Positions 52,283 to 61,017 of a stretch of DNA of 64,000 nt are shown here, in pieces (the first letter of the stretch is position 1; each line of letters begins with the position of its first letter). This DNA is from Candidatus Latescibacterota bacterium. GTDB lineage: Bacteria; Latescibacterota; CBDEFO01. The position numbers were made by a program, and so were the translations under genes. The notes under the pieces are model-generated. The model worked only from the letters and a program-made list of their open reading frames with translations, ran no database searches and was not told the origin of the DNA. The stretch lies in the NCBI GenBank assembly GCA_965248755.1, contig OZ252149.1, positions 320,001 through 384,000 on the forward strand, in the 5' to 3' direction.

Positions 52283-52500
52283 AATCGTCGGCTCCGAGAC
52301 TCTCGAGTAGAGTTCGGAAGTCATGCTGGAACGTCTCGAACCGACACATGTAGTCATACGAGATCATCTCCGTGGTCAGTTTCTCCAACTGAACGCACTA
52401 TTGGCCGTCATTCTGCAACCTCGCTTCCAGCAGTGCCTGAAACGAGTGAAGGGAAAGGTCGTCAAGCTCAGGTTCTCAGCACGCAGGTGGCGACAGTTTC
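52281..52500 (-). pseudogene. Sulfotransferase family 2 C-terminal remnant
   Basis: NDGQ*CVQ...ISYDYMCRFETFQHDFRTLLESLG resembles D.HW..Q...YDFIGRFE.L..DF. Confidence 0.5.
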
Positions 52501-52633
52501 GATTCGTTAATCACGCACTATTGGTACTGTTTGGGCCGCCCGGCGCCGTCCAGCATCTCCGGACTGAACACCATTGTACCGAACTCGAGGGGCGTGAAGG
52601 CTTCTTGCGCACCTTCAGGTTCTTGCCGCTTGC

Positions 52634-52726
52634 GGTTAACGGTTCGCTCATACCCGAACGGCGTATAGCCGTTGCCCGATAGGGCCAAGCCGCGTAAGCG
52701 GTGCAGTGGGTATGGACGTGTTATAT
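52634..52726 (-). other. attC-like site
   Basis: ATATAAC-ACGTC-CATACCC...GGGTATG-AGCGAACC-GTTAACC. Confidence 0.6.
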
Positions 52727-52789
52727 GCTGTGCTTCTCTGGAGTGACAACTGGACACGCACTCCATCTGGCCTGGGTGTGGCGTCTCCA

Positions 52790-53596
52790 TCAATCCAGCT
52801 TCATAGGAAATCCACTGAGTATGCCACCATCTACCGGCATGGCGATCCCCGTTATCCAAGCAGCATCATCCGAGGCAAGGAAGACAGAGGCTCGACCGAT
52901 ATCCCGGGGTGTGCCCAGGCGACGGATTGGCGTGACGCTTTGTATGGCTTCGAGAAGCCCCTCGGCCGCATCACCAAAAAGATCCTGCATAGCCGTTTCG
53001 ATGGCTCCTGGGCAGATCGCGTTGGCGGTAACACCCGCCTCACCGACTTCCACGGCCAGATCGCGCGTCAGATTCACGACGCCTGCCTTGCTAGCTGTAT
53101 AGGCCGGACCTCCCCCGCCACGGAAGGATTCCACCGAGGCGATGTTGATGATGCGGCCGGCCGGCGACTGTTTGAGGTAGGGCAAGGCGTGTTTGGTGGT
53201 TATGAACACACCCTTCAGGTTGATGTCGAGTATCCGATCCCAGTCGGCCACGGGCAGGTCCTGCGTACCACCCAGCACTGAGATACCGGCGGTGTTCACC
53301 AGGATGTCCAATCGACCGAAGTGCGCGGCACCTTCTTCGACAAGACGTCCCACGTCGGCTTCTTTGCTGACGTCTGCTTTGATGAAGAGACCTTCGCTGC
53401 CGAGCTTCTCGACCTCGGCAACCGTGGGGGTGACGGTGTCTCGTTCAAACAGGTTCCCTCGCTTGGGCTCTTCCTGAAGATCGGCGACCACGACCCGGGC
53501 GCCTTCCCGAGCTAACTCCAAGCATATTCCCCGACCGATCCCCGAACTACCTCCAGTGACAAGGGCAACGCGACCCTGCAAGGGCATGGTTTCCAT
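52790..53596 (-). CDS. SDR family oxidoreductase
   Basis: TGGSSGIG, NTAG, YTASK, CPG. Confidence 0.9.
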   Translation of the reverse strand: METMPLQGRVALVTGGSSGIGRGICLELAREGARVVVADLQEEPKRGNLFERDTVTPTVAEVEKLGSEGLFIKADVSKEADVGRLVEEGAAHFGRLDILVNTAGISVLGGTQDLPVADWDRILDINLKGVFITTKHALPYLKQSPAGRIINIASVESFRGGGGPAYTASKAGVVNLTRDLAVEVGEAGVTANAICPGAIETAMQDLFGDAAEGLLEAIQSVTPIRRLGTPRDIGRASVFLASDDAAWITGIAMPVDGGILSGFPMKLD

Positions 53597-54047
53597 AACC
53601 TACCTCCTAGGGAAAGAGAATTGAGCTATCAAGAAATCGACGTAGATAAAAGCCAGATGATTTTGTCCTTAATCTTTAGTTTGCATGGCATAAAGCTTGT
53701 TTATATCCGAACTATTTCTCACATCTTTCCAATTCGGTGTGATATCAAAGCTCAGATATACATCCCTTCTGGCAATCCACAGAGCGTGCCACTCAGTGTA
53801 ATGCAAAACATAGGTTGCAGTATAGTGCTTTGCCCTTTCGGGCAATCTAAATATGTAGCAGGGGGGGGTAGAGCGGCTAAACGGTCGTCGCCGATGTTGG
53901 GGGACCCGTTTCTCCTATTGTAGAATCCCTTCTTTCGACACTGATGGTATGTTACCCCACTGTCATACTTGCAGCTATTTCTGGGCTATTAAATGACGAT
54001 TATGACGCTTTGAGGACAGCTATGGGGCCTGAAAGAGGACTTCTCCT

Positions 54048-54404
54048 TCAGTTGGAGAAGCTTGACTTGATTCGGCCACAGGTGTCAGCTTCAACCGATA
54101 CCCAGATGCTGGAATCAAAGGGGGCCAGGTGATAATCGACGAAGTTGTCGGCATGTGAGTCCAATCTTGTGGCCCCGCTGTTCGTCCAGAAGCCGTTGTA
54201 GCCCCCAACTTCGAGATCGTCATCGTCTATAACGGCAAAGCCTACTCCGATTATCGTGCCTTCTTCATAGATATGTATTACGCTCTCATCAACACTCCTA
54301 AAATCTATATCGTCAAATCCCATGAAATATGTCTCCACATTCAGCGTTCCTGGTCCGCCTGCTTCACCTTGAAAGGCCCAGCGCAGGTCGGCATAAGGAG
54401 GCAA
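54048..54404 (-). pseudogene. C-terminal fragment of a secreted protein ending in SVEADT(W>C)GRIKSSF
   Basis: No RBS or proper start. Terminal motif resembles the xWGxIK tail of Latescibacterota/Poribacteria proteins. Confidence 0.5.
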
Positions 54405-55349
54405 TCACGCCCTGCGAGCCTGAGCAGCGGCAGCATGGAGAGCGATCCGAGCCGCGGTTAGAGCAGCGTTGCCATTGGGATCTCTCTCCGGCGCGAACTC
54501 GACCAGGTTGAAGCCACGCAGATTCGCCTTGTCCGCAGCGCGGTGCAGCATATCCACCAGGTCCCAGTAGGCCAGACCCCCTGGGGTCGGCGCAAGCACC
54601 GCGGGCATGACGCTGGAATCCAGGGCATCGCAGTCAAAGGCCACGTACACGGCGGCGTTGGCCGGGAGGAGATCGATCACGGCGTCGATGCCTCCCCGAC
54701 AAACCTGTCGCGCTGTGACGAACTTCACCCCCCAGTCCAGAGCTTCCTGGTATTCGGCTCGTCGCGCGCTGCCTATGGACCGCATCCCCACCTGGATGAT
54801 GCCCTCTATCCACGGCATTTCAGAGGCGCGCCGCATGTTGCTGCTCAGACCGTATCTCTCGCCCTTGACTTCGTCCCGCCAGTCAATGTGCGCGTCGATC
54901 TGTAGAATGGTCAGGGGACCCCGGCCCTCATAGGCCTGTAATACGGGAATAGGAACGGAGTCATCCCCGCCGATGACGACGGGAGTCGCCCCGGCATCCA
55001 GAATCTGCTGGACTGCTGCGGTGATGGCGTCCCGGTTGCCCGCGAAATTCGATTCGCTGACTACCAGGTCTCCGGCGTCCACCACCGTACCGAACTGATC
55101 CTCCAGCAGGGAACCGTCTATCTCGAAGTCGTGATGGCTGAGCTGGGGGCTGTATTTCGATATGGCCGCACGGAGGGCCGCCGGCGTCCCGGCCGCATAC
55201 AGACCCGAGTCAGTGTAGGGTGTGGCGATGGGTGCTCCGATGATGGCCACGTCGGCATTGAGTTGCGATAGGTCTTCGCAGGAGGTTAGGCCGAGAAAGG
55301 TGGCCTCCCCGGGATGCTGCGTAGCTGGGCTCTTCTCTCCTTCGGACAT
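54405..55349 (-). CDS. Ureohydrolase (agmatinase/arginase family)
   Basis: GGDDS, DAHID, DCDALD, PGG, VEFAP. Confidence 0.88.
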   Translation of the reverse strand: MSEGEKSPATQHPGEATFLGLTSCEDLSQLNADVAIIGAPIATPYTDSGLYAAGTPAALRAAISKYSPQLSHHDFEIDGSLLEDQFGTVVDAGDLVVSESNFAGNRDAITAAVQQILDAGATPVVIGGDDSVPIPVLQAYEGRGPLTILQIDAHIDWRDEVKGERYGLSSNMRRASEMPWIEGIIQVGMRSIGSARRAEYQEALDWGVKFVTARQVCRGGIDAVIDLLPANAAVYVAFDCDALDSSVMPAVLAPTPGGLAYWDLVDMLHRAADKANLRGFNLVEFAPERDPNGNAALTAARIALHAAAAQARRA

Positions 55350-55374
55350 GTTGATCGTCTCCTTGGTGTTGTCT

Positions 55375-55438
55375 GCCTTGCATCTGTATTAACTTGTCGG
55401 AGCTTAAGCGACGGTCAAGTGCAATGCAGTTGTTAAAC
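55375..55438 (-). other. Degenerate attC-like site
   Basis: GTTTAAC-AAC-TGCATTGCACTTG...CAAGTTAATACA-GAT-GCAAGGC (core GTT lost). Confidence 0.5.
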
Positions 55439-55563
55439 GTCCTCTCCTGTCAATAGCAAGATTGAAACATTAGATTTGGCTTCCTACAAGTTGCCCAATA
55501 TGCACCAGATTTTAGAGCTATTTGACACCAATTTATCATTACTTCAAAGCGAGCCTATAGAGC

Positions 55564-55725
55564 CTACCTCATCAAGACCAGCTTCCTAGTCTGCGCAAAT
55601 TCATCCGCCTCCATCCGATAGATATAGACACCGCTGGCAAGATTCCTTCCATTATTATCTTTTCCATCCCATACGACAGAGTAGGTACCGGATGATCTGT
55701 GACTATCCACCAATGCCGCAACATT
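55564..55725 (-). pseudogene. FlgD-Ig/T9SS-like C-terminal sorting domain fragment
   Basis: GTYSVVWDGKDNNGRNLASGVYIYRMEADEFAQTRKLVLMR*. Confidence 0.7.
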
Positions 55726-55919
55726 GTGGGGGCCTACGAACCCATCTGGGTTTTCAGTCTTTCTATGATCTCAATCTGACCGGCAATAGTTGGCCCTTCC
55801 GCTTTTGTTCTATCAAGTCTCAGCAAGGTCGCAATAGCTTCGTGCAGTTGTTCACTAATATCGCTTACCATTTCGATGTACCCTTCATTTATAATGTTTA
55901 GATAAAACTCTCCGTTCCT

Positions 55920-56156
55920 TCAGACGTTCTTATGCGATCCATCGCAGAACGGGGCGTCGCCTGTGTGCTTACATCGGCAGAACACAAACCGTTTCTTCTC
56001 CTCTACTGTAAATTCCACCGGAGTAAATCCAGTTCCTTTGTGAGATCCATCACAGAACGGCTGATCTTTCGAGCGTCCGCACCGGCACCAGTAGTACGTG
56101 TCTGGTTCAAGCTCGAGGGTAATAGGTTTTTTAGCTGCGATTACCGGTTCGCTCAT
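55920..56156 (-). CDS. CDGSH iron-sulfur domain protein
   Basis: Two CxCx..PFCDGSH motifs. Confidence 0.92.
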   Translation of the reverse strand: MSEPVIAAKKPITLELEPDTYYWCRCGRSKDQPFCDGSHKGTGFTPVEFTVEEKKRFVFCRCKHTGDAPFCDGSHKNV

Positions 56157-56437
56157 GTCACTTTTCTCCTTGCTAAGGATTCCACTCGTGGGAAGTCGTT
56201 TAAAAAGAAAGATACAAAAAATTGAACCTGCACAATGTTCAATAAATCTTCACATCATACAAATCCACCTATATAATCAGTCCAACTCCTGCGAAGCAAC
56301 AGTCCCTGAACTGCGCCCCAGGACAAGTTCTTGCTTTACCTTAAAAAGACTCCTCTTCAGACTTGATATTGCCTGCGATATTTAGAACGCATCACAAGGG
56401 CGTGCTGATGCACAAATTTTCAAATGTTAACTATAAC

Positions 56438-57817
56438 TCATTGTTCGATTTCATTGCATATATCAAGCCCATTTAATCTACGCACAACGTCAAAGAGGAC
56501 CTGCATCCCAAAGAGAACGTTGTCGGCAGAGACCTTCTCGTCGTGACCGTGACACAACTGAAAGAACGTAGGCCCTGGTTCGTACTTCATCGGGAGGAAG
56601 CCGTAGACCTTCGTCTTTGTCCCTACAAAAGGCCTCGCATCTGTCCCACCCGTTGCCATATATGGTATCACAAACGCCTCCGGATGATGCTTGGCGATAG
56701 CTTCCTGTACATACCCAAAGAGCGGGGTATCGTGCCCGGCTTCCAGCCCCCGAGCAAACCCCTCAGCACTTATGTCCACGTCGTCGCCTACGATCTTCTT
56801 CATCTCCTCTATAAACCCTTCTGCATCTACATCGGGAAGGGTCCGACCGCTCAATTTGACCTTCACCTCAGACGGAATCACATTCCTCTTTACTCCGCCC
56901 TCTAACATAGTAGGAGCGCAGGTGTTTCTGAGCATAGCATCGAACATCCAGGCAGTAGGCGCGTCTACAGGTAACTTTTCCAAGACCTCTGGCTCCTTCT
57001 GGGGATCGAGCATATCCAGATATAATCTTTTTGACTCTTTGTCATCCTGAGCATTTGCGATCCCCTCGAAGAATTTACGTACAGAATCCGTGACCCTATG
57101 AGGCATTTTCTCTTCAGATATGCGCTCTATTGTCCGAGCTAAACGATAGATAGAATTGTCATCGTGAGGTGTCGAACTGTGTCCCGGCTGTCCCTTTGCA
57201 ATCAGATCCACGTTATATGCGCCCTTTTCAGCGGTCTGACACAGATAGAAGTGCTTCCCTCCCACGAGTATAGCAAATCCTCCGCCTTCGTTTATGCAGT
57301 ACTCCGATTCTATCAGATCGTAGTGATTGTTCACAAGCCAATTTGCACCGTATGCGCCCCCCATCTCTTCATCCGCACAAGCGGCGATTATGATATCCCT
57401 TTTCAGGGGAACTTTATGCCGGGACAGAAGAAGGAGGATCATCATTTCAACGGCAGTCGTCAGCTTGGAGTCTATTGCGCCCCTCCCCCAGATGTAGCCG
57501 TCAACGAGAGTAGCTGAAAAGGGTGGATACGTCCACTTATCCGGTTCTACGGGCACCACGTCCACGTGCGAAAGTAAAAGGAGGGGCGGAAGTTCCCCTG
57601 TTCCCTTCAATCTCCCTACCGTGTTCGCCCTATCCGGAGCAGACTTCAAGACAGAAGTCTGGATTCCATTATCAGACAGCACATCGGCTACAAATTCAAT
57701 AGCCGGAAGTTCATTTCCCGGAGGATTCGTGGTGTCGAATCGGATCAACTGCCGTAAAAGCTCAACCGCCTCGTCTTTGACTGGCTTCCAATCTATATTT
57801 TCCATGCAAGTCTCCAC
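56438..57817 (-). CDS. M20/M25/M40 family metallo-hydrolase
   Basis: SHVDVVP, GRGAID, ADEE, NEGG, GGTD, HGHDE. Confidence 0.9.
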   Translation of the reverse strand: METCMENIDWKPVKDEAVELLRQLIRFDTTNPPGNELPAIEFVADVLSDNGIQTSVLKSAPDRANTVGRLKGTGELPPLLLLSHVDVVPVEPDKWTYPPFSATLVDGYIWGRGAIDSKLTTAVEMMILLLLSRHKVPLKRDIIIAACADEEMGGAYGANWLVNNHYDLIESEYCINEGGGFAILVGGKHFYLCQTAEKGAYNVDLIAKGQPGHSSTPHDDNSIYRLARTIERISEEKMPHRVTDSVRKFFEGIANAQDDKESKRLYLDMLDPQKEPEVLEKLPVDAPTAWMFDAMLRNTCAPTMLEGGVKRNVIPSEVKVKLSGRTLPDVDAEGFIEEMKKIVGDDVDISAEGFARGLEAGHDTPLFGYVQEAIAKHHPEAFVIPYMATGGTDARPFVGTKTKVYGFLPMKYEPGPTFFQLCHGHDEKVSADNVLFGMQVLFDVVRRLNGLDICNEIEQ

Positions 57818-57903
57818 AAATCTGCAGTGGCAGATCCAAGTGCCCGCCGTAAAAGCTTGGACTAATCACGCGAACACATAGGTTCGCCCTTACAGGTATC
57901 CTC

Positions 57904-58224
57904 TTAAGCCTGAGAACCAGCCCTTATCGCATTCCTTATCAAATCCTTGGCCGGAAGCGGCCATCCTCTTCCGTCTTCTATCTTGTAGACTCTGCACGTC
58001 AGCGCATAGTGCTTCGTAGACTCGGCCTCGGGGTCTATGTCCACTCCGTTTACCCTGATAGTCGGAGATACCAAAAACTTCAGATCTACTGCCTGCTGGT
58101 CTGAGTCCACCTCGATGCGCTCTATATCCGCAGTTACTCCCTCCTCTTGGAGGACTTCGTTCAAGAGTTCAAATCCCCGCTCGTGGGAGGGACAGCCCTT
58201 AAAGAAGAGATAATCTATATGCAT
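57904..58224 (-). CDS. Thioredoxin-like small protein (DUF2703-like)
   Basis: GCPSH, SPTIRVNGVD, CRVY. Confidence 0.7.
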   Translation of the reverse strand: MHIDYLFFKGCPSHERGFELLNEVLQEEGVTADIERIEVDSDQQAVDLKFLVSPTIRVNGVDIDPEAESTKHYALTCRVYKIEDGRGWPLPAKDLIRNAIRAGSQA

Positions 58225-58426
58225 ATTCGGCGCCAGTGACTGAGTATCAGTTCCAAATTGTCTGAAGGGTAACTGTAGAGGTCAAAATAGTGGAAAGCAA
58301 CAAGCACACGACGCAGTTAAAGTGAGCATATTTAGCTTCCCCCGGTTTACCCGATAGCTTAAATCGGGAGACGTTGCAATGACGGCTTGGAGGAGAGCCG
58401 CTGCTCCCTGTTTACTGTCTCCTTAC

Positions 58427-58690
58427 TTAAGTGCCACTCGCCCCTTGGATCCGCTCCCACCAGTCCGGATCTACACCCGTCATCATGGCCCGTTCCACCT
58501 TGCTTAATGGACGCCTGTCTTCTATGTTGTATTTGCTCTTATCGCACACTTTCCCGTTCCGTATTGTAGCCACTGCCGAAAGCTTCTTGTCCCATGTGGC
58601 CTTCTGGCCGTGAGCTTCCCCTGAATAAATCTCAGTCAACAAATCAGCTGAGATGAGGGATCCTTCAGAACTTACGGTCGTAAAGTTCAT
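58427..58690 (-). pseudogene. Chimeric short ORF; N-terminus resembles type IIG/DrmMI-like methyltransferase starts
   Basis: MNFTTVSSEGSLISADLL..I...GQ, then an unrelated tail. Confidence 0.35.
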
Positions 58691-58957
58691 GTTCTAATCT
58701 CGGACTTCATGTTCCCGCTATCACCAGAGACGAATCCCATTTTACTATTCTTTATAGTCGAGTTTGTGGCTTCCCAGAGTTAATTCAAGCGGTTTTGTAC
58801 GTGGAGCAGTTACGCAGGCAGATACGAAAGCAGCTGTTGAATATCAACAGAAACCATCTGGGACCTCTTAGTTCGGCCGTCCGGGCGACTCATCTGGTGG
58901 AAGAGCCACTTTGCATTCTCGGCCTCCCAGTGTGTCGGCAGCAAATAAGTCCGCCTC

Positions 58958-59093
58958 ACATAAGAGTCTTCAGACTCTCCTGGCCGACGGCGACGGCGCC
59001 TCAAAGCCAGAAAGATCGTAGAAGGCTCGCAGCGAAAGATCAACTTCCGAATAGCACGAGCTGGAGCCGGTCCAGTACAGCCACGTGTTATCG
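58958..59093 (-). other. Degenerate attC-like site
   Basis: CGATAAC 12 nt after the PdxA-like stop; GGCTGTACTGGACCGGC...GCCGTCGGCCAG; end CTTATGT. Confidence 0.45.
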
Positions 59094-59105
59094 ATCGCCC
59101 ACCCG

Positions 59106-60143
59106 CTACGGACCACTTATTACTGGTTCCTGATCACTGGTAGGCACAAGGCGGCTCATCTGACAGATCACCCCCGTGGCCTGCTGGAAACTGGTGGGGT
59201 CCGCCTTGCCCTGCCCTGCAATGTCATAGGCGGTGCCGTGCGTCGGCCCGGCGCAGGGGAAAGGCAGACCACTGTAAATCATCACGCCCTTGCCAAAAGC
59301 AGCAGTATGCATCCCAATGTTGCCTTGATCGTGATAGAGAAAGACGATCCCATTGAAGTCTCCCTTCATGGCGCGAACGAAAATGGTATCCGCCGGATGG
59401 GGACCAGAAACACCGATACCCATCTTTTTGGCCGATTCAACGGCTGGTGCAATCTCGCGGATCTCCTCATCGCCAAAGGCACCACCTTCACCCGCATGGG
59501 GATTCAAGGCGGCTACCCCGATTCGAGGCGATGCGACCCCCTGGCGCTTCATGGTATCTGAAAGGTTCTTTATCAGCGGGACGATCCGTTCTTGGGTCAC
59601 CAGATCCGCGACTTCACGTAACGGCACGTGTCCAGTCAAAGACGACCGAAAGATGTTGTTCCATGTCACCACGGTTCTCACTTGCGTGCCCGTGAGGCTA
59701 CCCAAGAATGCCATCTCATCAAGAAATTGGAATCCGGTCATGTGCATGGCCTCCTTGTTGAGAGGGGCGATGACAACGCCATCAACCTTGTTCGCAACAG
59801 CCAGTCCCACAGCCTTTTTCATCTGCGCAACAGCATTGGCTCCGTTAATGGCGTCAGGAACGCCCCAGCAAAAATGCGGATTCTTTTCTACTTCACAGTG
59901 AAGGACCGCAATCTTGTCTGTGGCGACGTGGGTATGGTCGACTGACTTTACTGGCGTAAAAGCCACTTGTTCGTTTAGTGCATCAGCGGCTCGTTCCATT
60001 ATCTGGAGGCTCCCGATTACCAAATAGGAGCCCCATGAAGCCAGGTCTTTGTTCTGCAACGCCCTGATCATCAGTTCTGGCCCGATCCCCGCTGCATCTC
60101 CCATCACCAACGCGATGAGCGGCTTGCTCGAGCACTTCGACAT
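59106..60143 (-). CDS. PdxA-family dehydrogenase (divergent)
   Basis: MGDAAGIGPE, APLNK, LNPHAGE, YHDQG, HGTAYDIAG; GHTE motif replaced by FLDE. Confidence 0.88.
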   Translation of the reverse strand: MSKCSSKPLIALVMGDAAGIGPELMIRALQNKDLASWGSYLVIGSLQIMERAADALNEQVAFTPVKSVDHTHVATDKIAVLHCEVEKNPHFCWGVPDAINGANAVAQMKKAVGLAVANKVDGVVIAPLNKEAMHMTGFQFLDEMAFLGSLTGTQVRTVVTWNNIFRSSLTGHVPLREVADLVTQERIVPLIKNLSDTMKRQGVASPRIGVAALNPHAGEGGAFGDEEIREIAPAVESAKKMGIGVSGPHPADTIFVRAMKGDFNGIVFLYHDQGNIGMHTAAFGKGVMIYSGLPFPCAGPTHGTAYDIAGQGKADPTSFQQATGVICQMSRLVPTSDQEPVISGP

Positions 60144-60217
60144 ACCGTTCCTCCTTTCTCATCTGGGGCATGATTCCGTTAACTGAGTTGGTGTATCGGA
60201 TCTTCACAAGAACAGCG

Positions 60218-60277
60218 GCATAACTAGCCGGCATCAGCCGCGGACTTCAGGAAATCGGCTGGATGCGGTTGTTCGCC
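60218..60277 (-). other. attC site (60 bp)
   Basis: GGCGAAC-AAC-CGCATCCAGCCG...CGGCTGATGC-CGGCTA-GTTATGC with an extrahelical base; left end matches cassette start GTTCGGC at 60801. Confidence 0.8.
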
Positions 60278-60784
60278 TTCTGCCTTCAGTAGGGCCAAGA
60301 TTCTATCCCGGTGCACTTGGACGAACGGAAGACCAAGATACGGGAGATACTCAAGCTGTTTGGCGACCGGCAAGGCGAAGAAATCAGATCGGTGCCGGCC
60401 TCGGCAGTTGCGTGACCCGCACAGACAGTCGAGCCAGTCACCGCCGACCTCGCCGATAGCGTAGTCAAAGACGAGTTCTTCTCCTTCAGTGATCCCACGC
60501 ATGGCCAACACGAGCCGCTCTTTATCCACGCTGTAAACGTGGACGTTCGGATCACAGGAATGGTTGATATAACGCTCCGGCTCCTGCATGAGGATGACCG
60601 TGCCGTCCGGAAGGTAGTCACAGGGATCGGGTTCGCTACCGATCAGCTTGCTGAGGACCGGGTCGTCCGCGCTGATGACGACGGAGTCGTCAATGGCAAG
60701 GATGACCTCGCCTTGGGCCATCGGACGCGCGGCGAACAGGCCCCTGCCATTGATCTTGGAGTCTCGCGCTTCGACTTTCTTCAT
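60224..60784 (-). CDS. SET domain protein-lysine methyltransferase-like
   Basis: GRGLFA, YINHSCDPN, GEELVFDY, post-SET CLCGSRNCRG. Confidence 0.92.
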   Translation of the reverse strand: MKKVEARDSKINGRGLFAARPMAQGEVILAIDDSVVISADDPVLSKLIGSEPDPCDYLPDGTVILMQEPERYINHSCDPNVHVYSVDKERLVLAMRGITEGEELVFDYAIGEVGGDWLDCLCGSRNCRGRHRSDFFALPVAKQLEYLPYLGLPFVQVHRDRILALLKAEGEQPHPADFLKSAADAG

Positions 60785-60794
60785 TGTCTCTTCA

Positions 60795-60815
60795 GCCGAA
60801 CTAGGGCTTATACAG
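60795..60815 (-). other. attI-like site
   Basis: GTATAAG-CCCTA-GTTCGGC at the edge of an AT-rich non-coding tract, 10 nt before the SET ATG; no attC left arm upstream. Confidence 0.45.
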
Positions 60816-61017
60816 TTTTCTATGCTAAGAACCTATATACAGCAATATGAGCTATATAAGACCCCACTGAAATATTAAGAAAACACGTGTAATATTATAA
60901 ATATCATTCTGTTGTGGCCTAATTATCATAAGTTTTGTAGGAATTATATACAGACTGTATGCTTTCTTCTGTATAAGCCAATTCATAGCTCGTCGATGGA
61001 GCTACACGTCCAGCGTC

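Noticed and set aside
60830..60975. LexA box (CTGT-N8-ACAG) for an integron integrase promoter
   Set aside because: Half-sites are present but never in the correct orientation and spacing.
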